From contig OZ241827.1 of NCBI GenBank assembly GCA_965202585.1, positions 23,374,001-23,438,000 on the forward strand: 64,000 bases of DNA. The letters run 5' to 3'. This document shows positions 62,010 through 64,000 of the stretch, one piece after another (the first letter of the stretch is position 1; each line of letters starts with the position of its first letter). The DNA is from Thalia democratica (taxonomy: Eukaryota). The notes below the pieces were generated by a model. That model saw only the letters and a program-made list of their open reading frames with translations. It did not search any database and had not been told where the DNA came from. A program made the translations under genes and the position numbers.

Positions 62010-64000
62010 ATGAGCTCATATAAGACAAAATTAGTTAAAACTGCTTCTGTTGAGATTTGTAAAGTTTGTAAAAATGATTTTAAACCTCCAAATTTTGAAT
62101 CCATATATTGTGATGGGTGTAAAAGATGGATACATTTAAATTGTTCTGGGCTATCTAAGCTTAATTTTAACTTCTATTCTTATAACAGTGATTTATTTTA
62201 TTGTAAAAATTGTACAAATAATTTTAAGTTTGACATTGTTGGGAGTGAAGACTTTTGTAAAAATTGTTTTAAAAGATTTTCTTCTAAAGATAAATGTGTG
62301 TATTGTGAAGGTTGTTTTAAATGGATGCATTGCAAATGTGTCAATATACCAAACAAGAGTCTTAATAAGATATGTAAAAATGATTTACCTTTTTTTTGTA
62401 AAGATTGTGATTTGAACATGTCTGTTTGTTATAGATGTAGTTTAGCTTGTAAAGACTCAGAAAATTGTTTAACTTGTTTTTTATGTAATAGAAAATGTCA
62501 TTTTAAATGTACAACTAGTAAAAATGTTCTGTACCAATTTAAAAGCAATAGTTTTAGATTTTATTGTGATCTATGTGAAAAATCTGTTTTTCCATTTCAG
62601 AATGTTGATAATCTTGACTATGATTGCTTTAATAAACCTATTAAGATGAATATTAGTAGAAAATATGACCGATATTTAGACTTAAATTGTGTGAATTTTG
62701 GAAAAGAAAATACTATTAGTGTTGTTTACATGAATATTAGAAGCATAAATGCAAATCTACATAAAATTGAGGAATTTTTGAATTTAGTGAAAAATCTACC
62801 TGATATAATCTGTGTTTGTGAAACTTGGTTGACTAGTCTGAGACCTTTTATGGGTAAACTGCATGGGTATGATTTTGTAAATAAACTGTCTAATAGTAAT
62901 CAATCTGGTGGTGTTGCATTTTTTGTAAGAGCTTGTCACTCTTATGAGGTTGTAGAAGGTATATCATTTAAACAGTGTGATGTAGATGATTTGTGGATCT
63001 CTATTAAACTTGGAAACAATAAACATCTTATACTTGGTAATGTGTACAGACACCCAAGCTCTACATTTAATACTTTTAAAGAAAATTTCGTAAAGTTTTA
63101 GATAAATTAAATGAAAAGAAAAGAGATTTTATAATTGGTGGTGATGTAAATATAAACTTATTTAGTAGAGATCAGCGTACTTGTGACTATTTGAATTGTG
63201 TTTCTAGTGCTGGTGCTAAACAATTTGTTGATTCCCCAACTAGACTTTCTTCTGATTGCTCCTCTAGTTCTTTAATTGACCATGTTTATTCTAGTTTTGG
63301 GCGTGAGAAGCTAAATGTTAATGTTGTAGATTATGATATATCTGACCATATGCCTGTTGTTTGTGAAATTAAATGTTTAATGAATAAAAATGAATTGTGT
63401 TATCAAAAATCAGTTCAAGATTTCAGTAAGTTTGATGTTGGAGTTTTTTTAAATGATCTTAGAAGGAACTTGGGTAAATTGAAAATGAGTATAACAAAAG
63501 GTGAGGATATAAATGAGTGTTGGAATGAGTTTGAGAGTGTGTTTGGTAGCACAGTGTTTTATCATGCACCAATTAAAATTTTAAATAAAAAAGACCAAAA
63601 ACTAAAAGCTAAACCTTGGATTTCAAAGGGGATTATTGTTTCAATTAAAAAGAAAAATCTAATGTTTAAGTCTGCCATCAAAGATAAAACTAAAAAATTT
63701 TCAATAACATTCAAAAAATATAGAAATATTCTGAATCGAGTTATTGAACGATCTAAAATACTTTACTTTAAACAGGTTGTAAACAAAAACAAAACAAACA
63801 GTAAAAAGTTGTGGAAAATAATTAACAATATTGTTGCTACTAAACCTATCTCTCATTCAAAAATCAATGGTGTGCTTGATGTGCATGGTAATGTTGTTGT
63901 TGAACCAAAAAAAATTGGTAATGTTATGAATAAAAATTTTGTGTCAATTGCTGATGATTTAATAAAAAAAAGAACACATGTTGCTTGTGATTATGATAAG
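62010..64000 (+). mobile_element. CR1/L2-type LINE ORF2: 3xPHD plus APE endonuclease plus linker toward RT (runs off the window); one 1-nt frameshift near 63097
   Basis: Three C4HC3 fingers, then FPF, YMNIRS, CVCETW, GGVAFFV and GNVYRHP. After a -1 shift the frame continues IIGGDVNINL, PTR, LIDHVY, SDHMPV, KPWISKG, KKLWKII and stays open to 64000. Confidence 0.92.

Overview
Very AT-rich animal genomic DNA with spliceosomal introns; no prokaryotic features were found. From left to right: (1) the 3' end of a + strand gene built from nine tandem 277-bp exon-intron units that encode a 46-aa repeat (1-2563). (2) A 56-exon minus-strand gene (38023->7829, about 2495 aa) for a mannose-receptor-like type I membrane protein. 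Its domains are a signal peptide, 5 CTLD, FA58C, a second FA58C with a kringle inserted inside it, LCCL, 7 CTLD (one with an FN2 module inserted inside it), trefoil, TM and a short tail containing FDNP. (3) A PARP-catalytic-domain-like gene with a single coding exon, a degenerate NAD-binding H/Y pair and an N-terminal Cys-Cys/polybasic segment (40168-40962, -). (4) A decayed Penelope-like element with an inverted terminal repeat. (5) A 10-exon C20orf96/DUF4618-like gene (48544-57626, +). (6) Several hAT and Tc1/pogo MITEs and relics, including a 3.2-kb hAT element with a perfect 8-bp TSD. (7) A young CR1/L2-type LINE with three PHD fingers ahead of its APE endonuclease, running off the right edge. 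Across the window, 5' splice sites often have T at +3, and GC3 varies sharply between exons of the same gene (0% to 97%). All gene models were built by hand from GT-AG boundaries and reading-frame phase continuity. Family calls come from recalled motifs, not from database searches.
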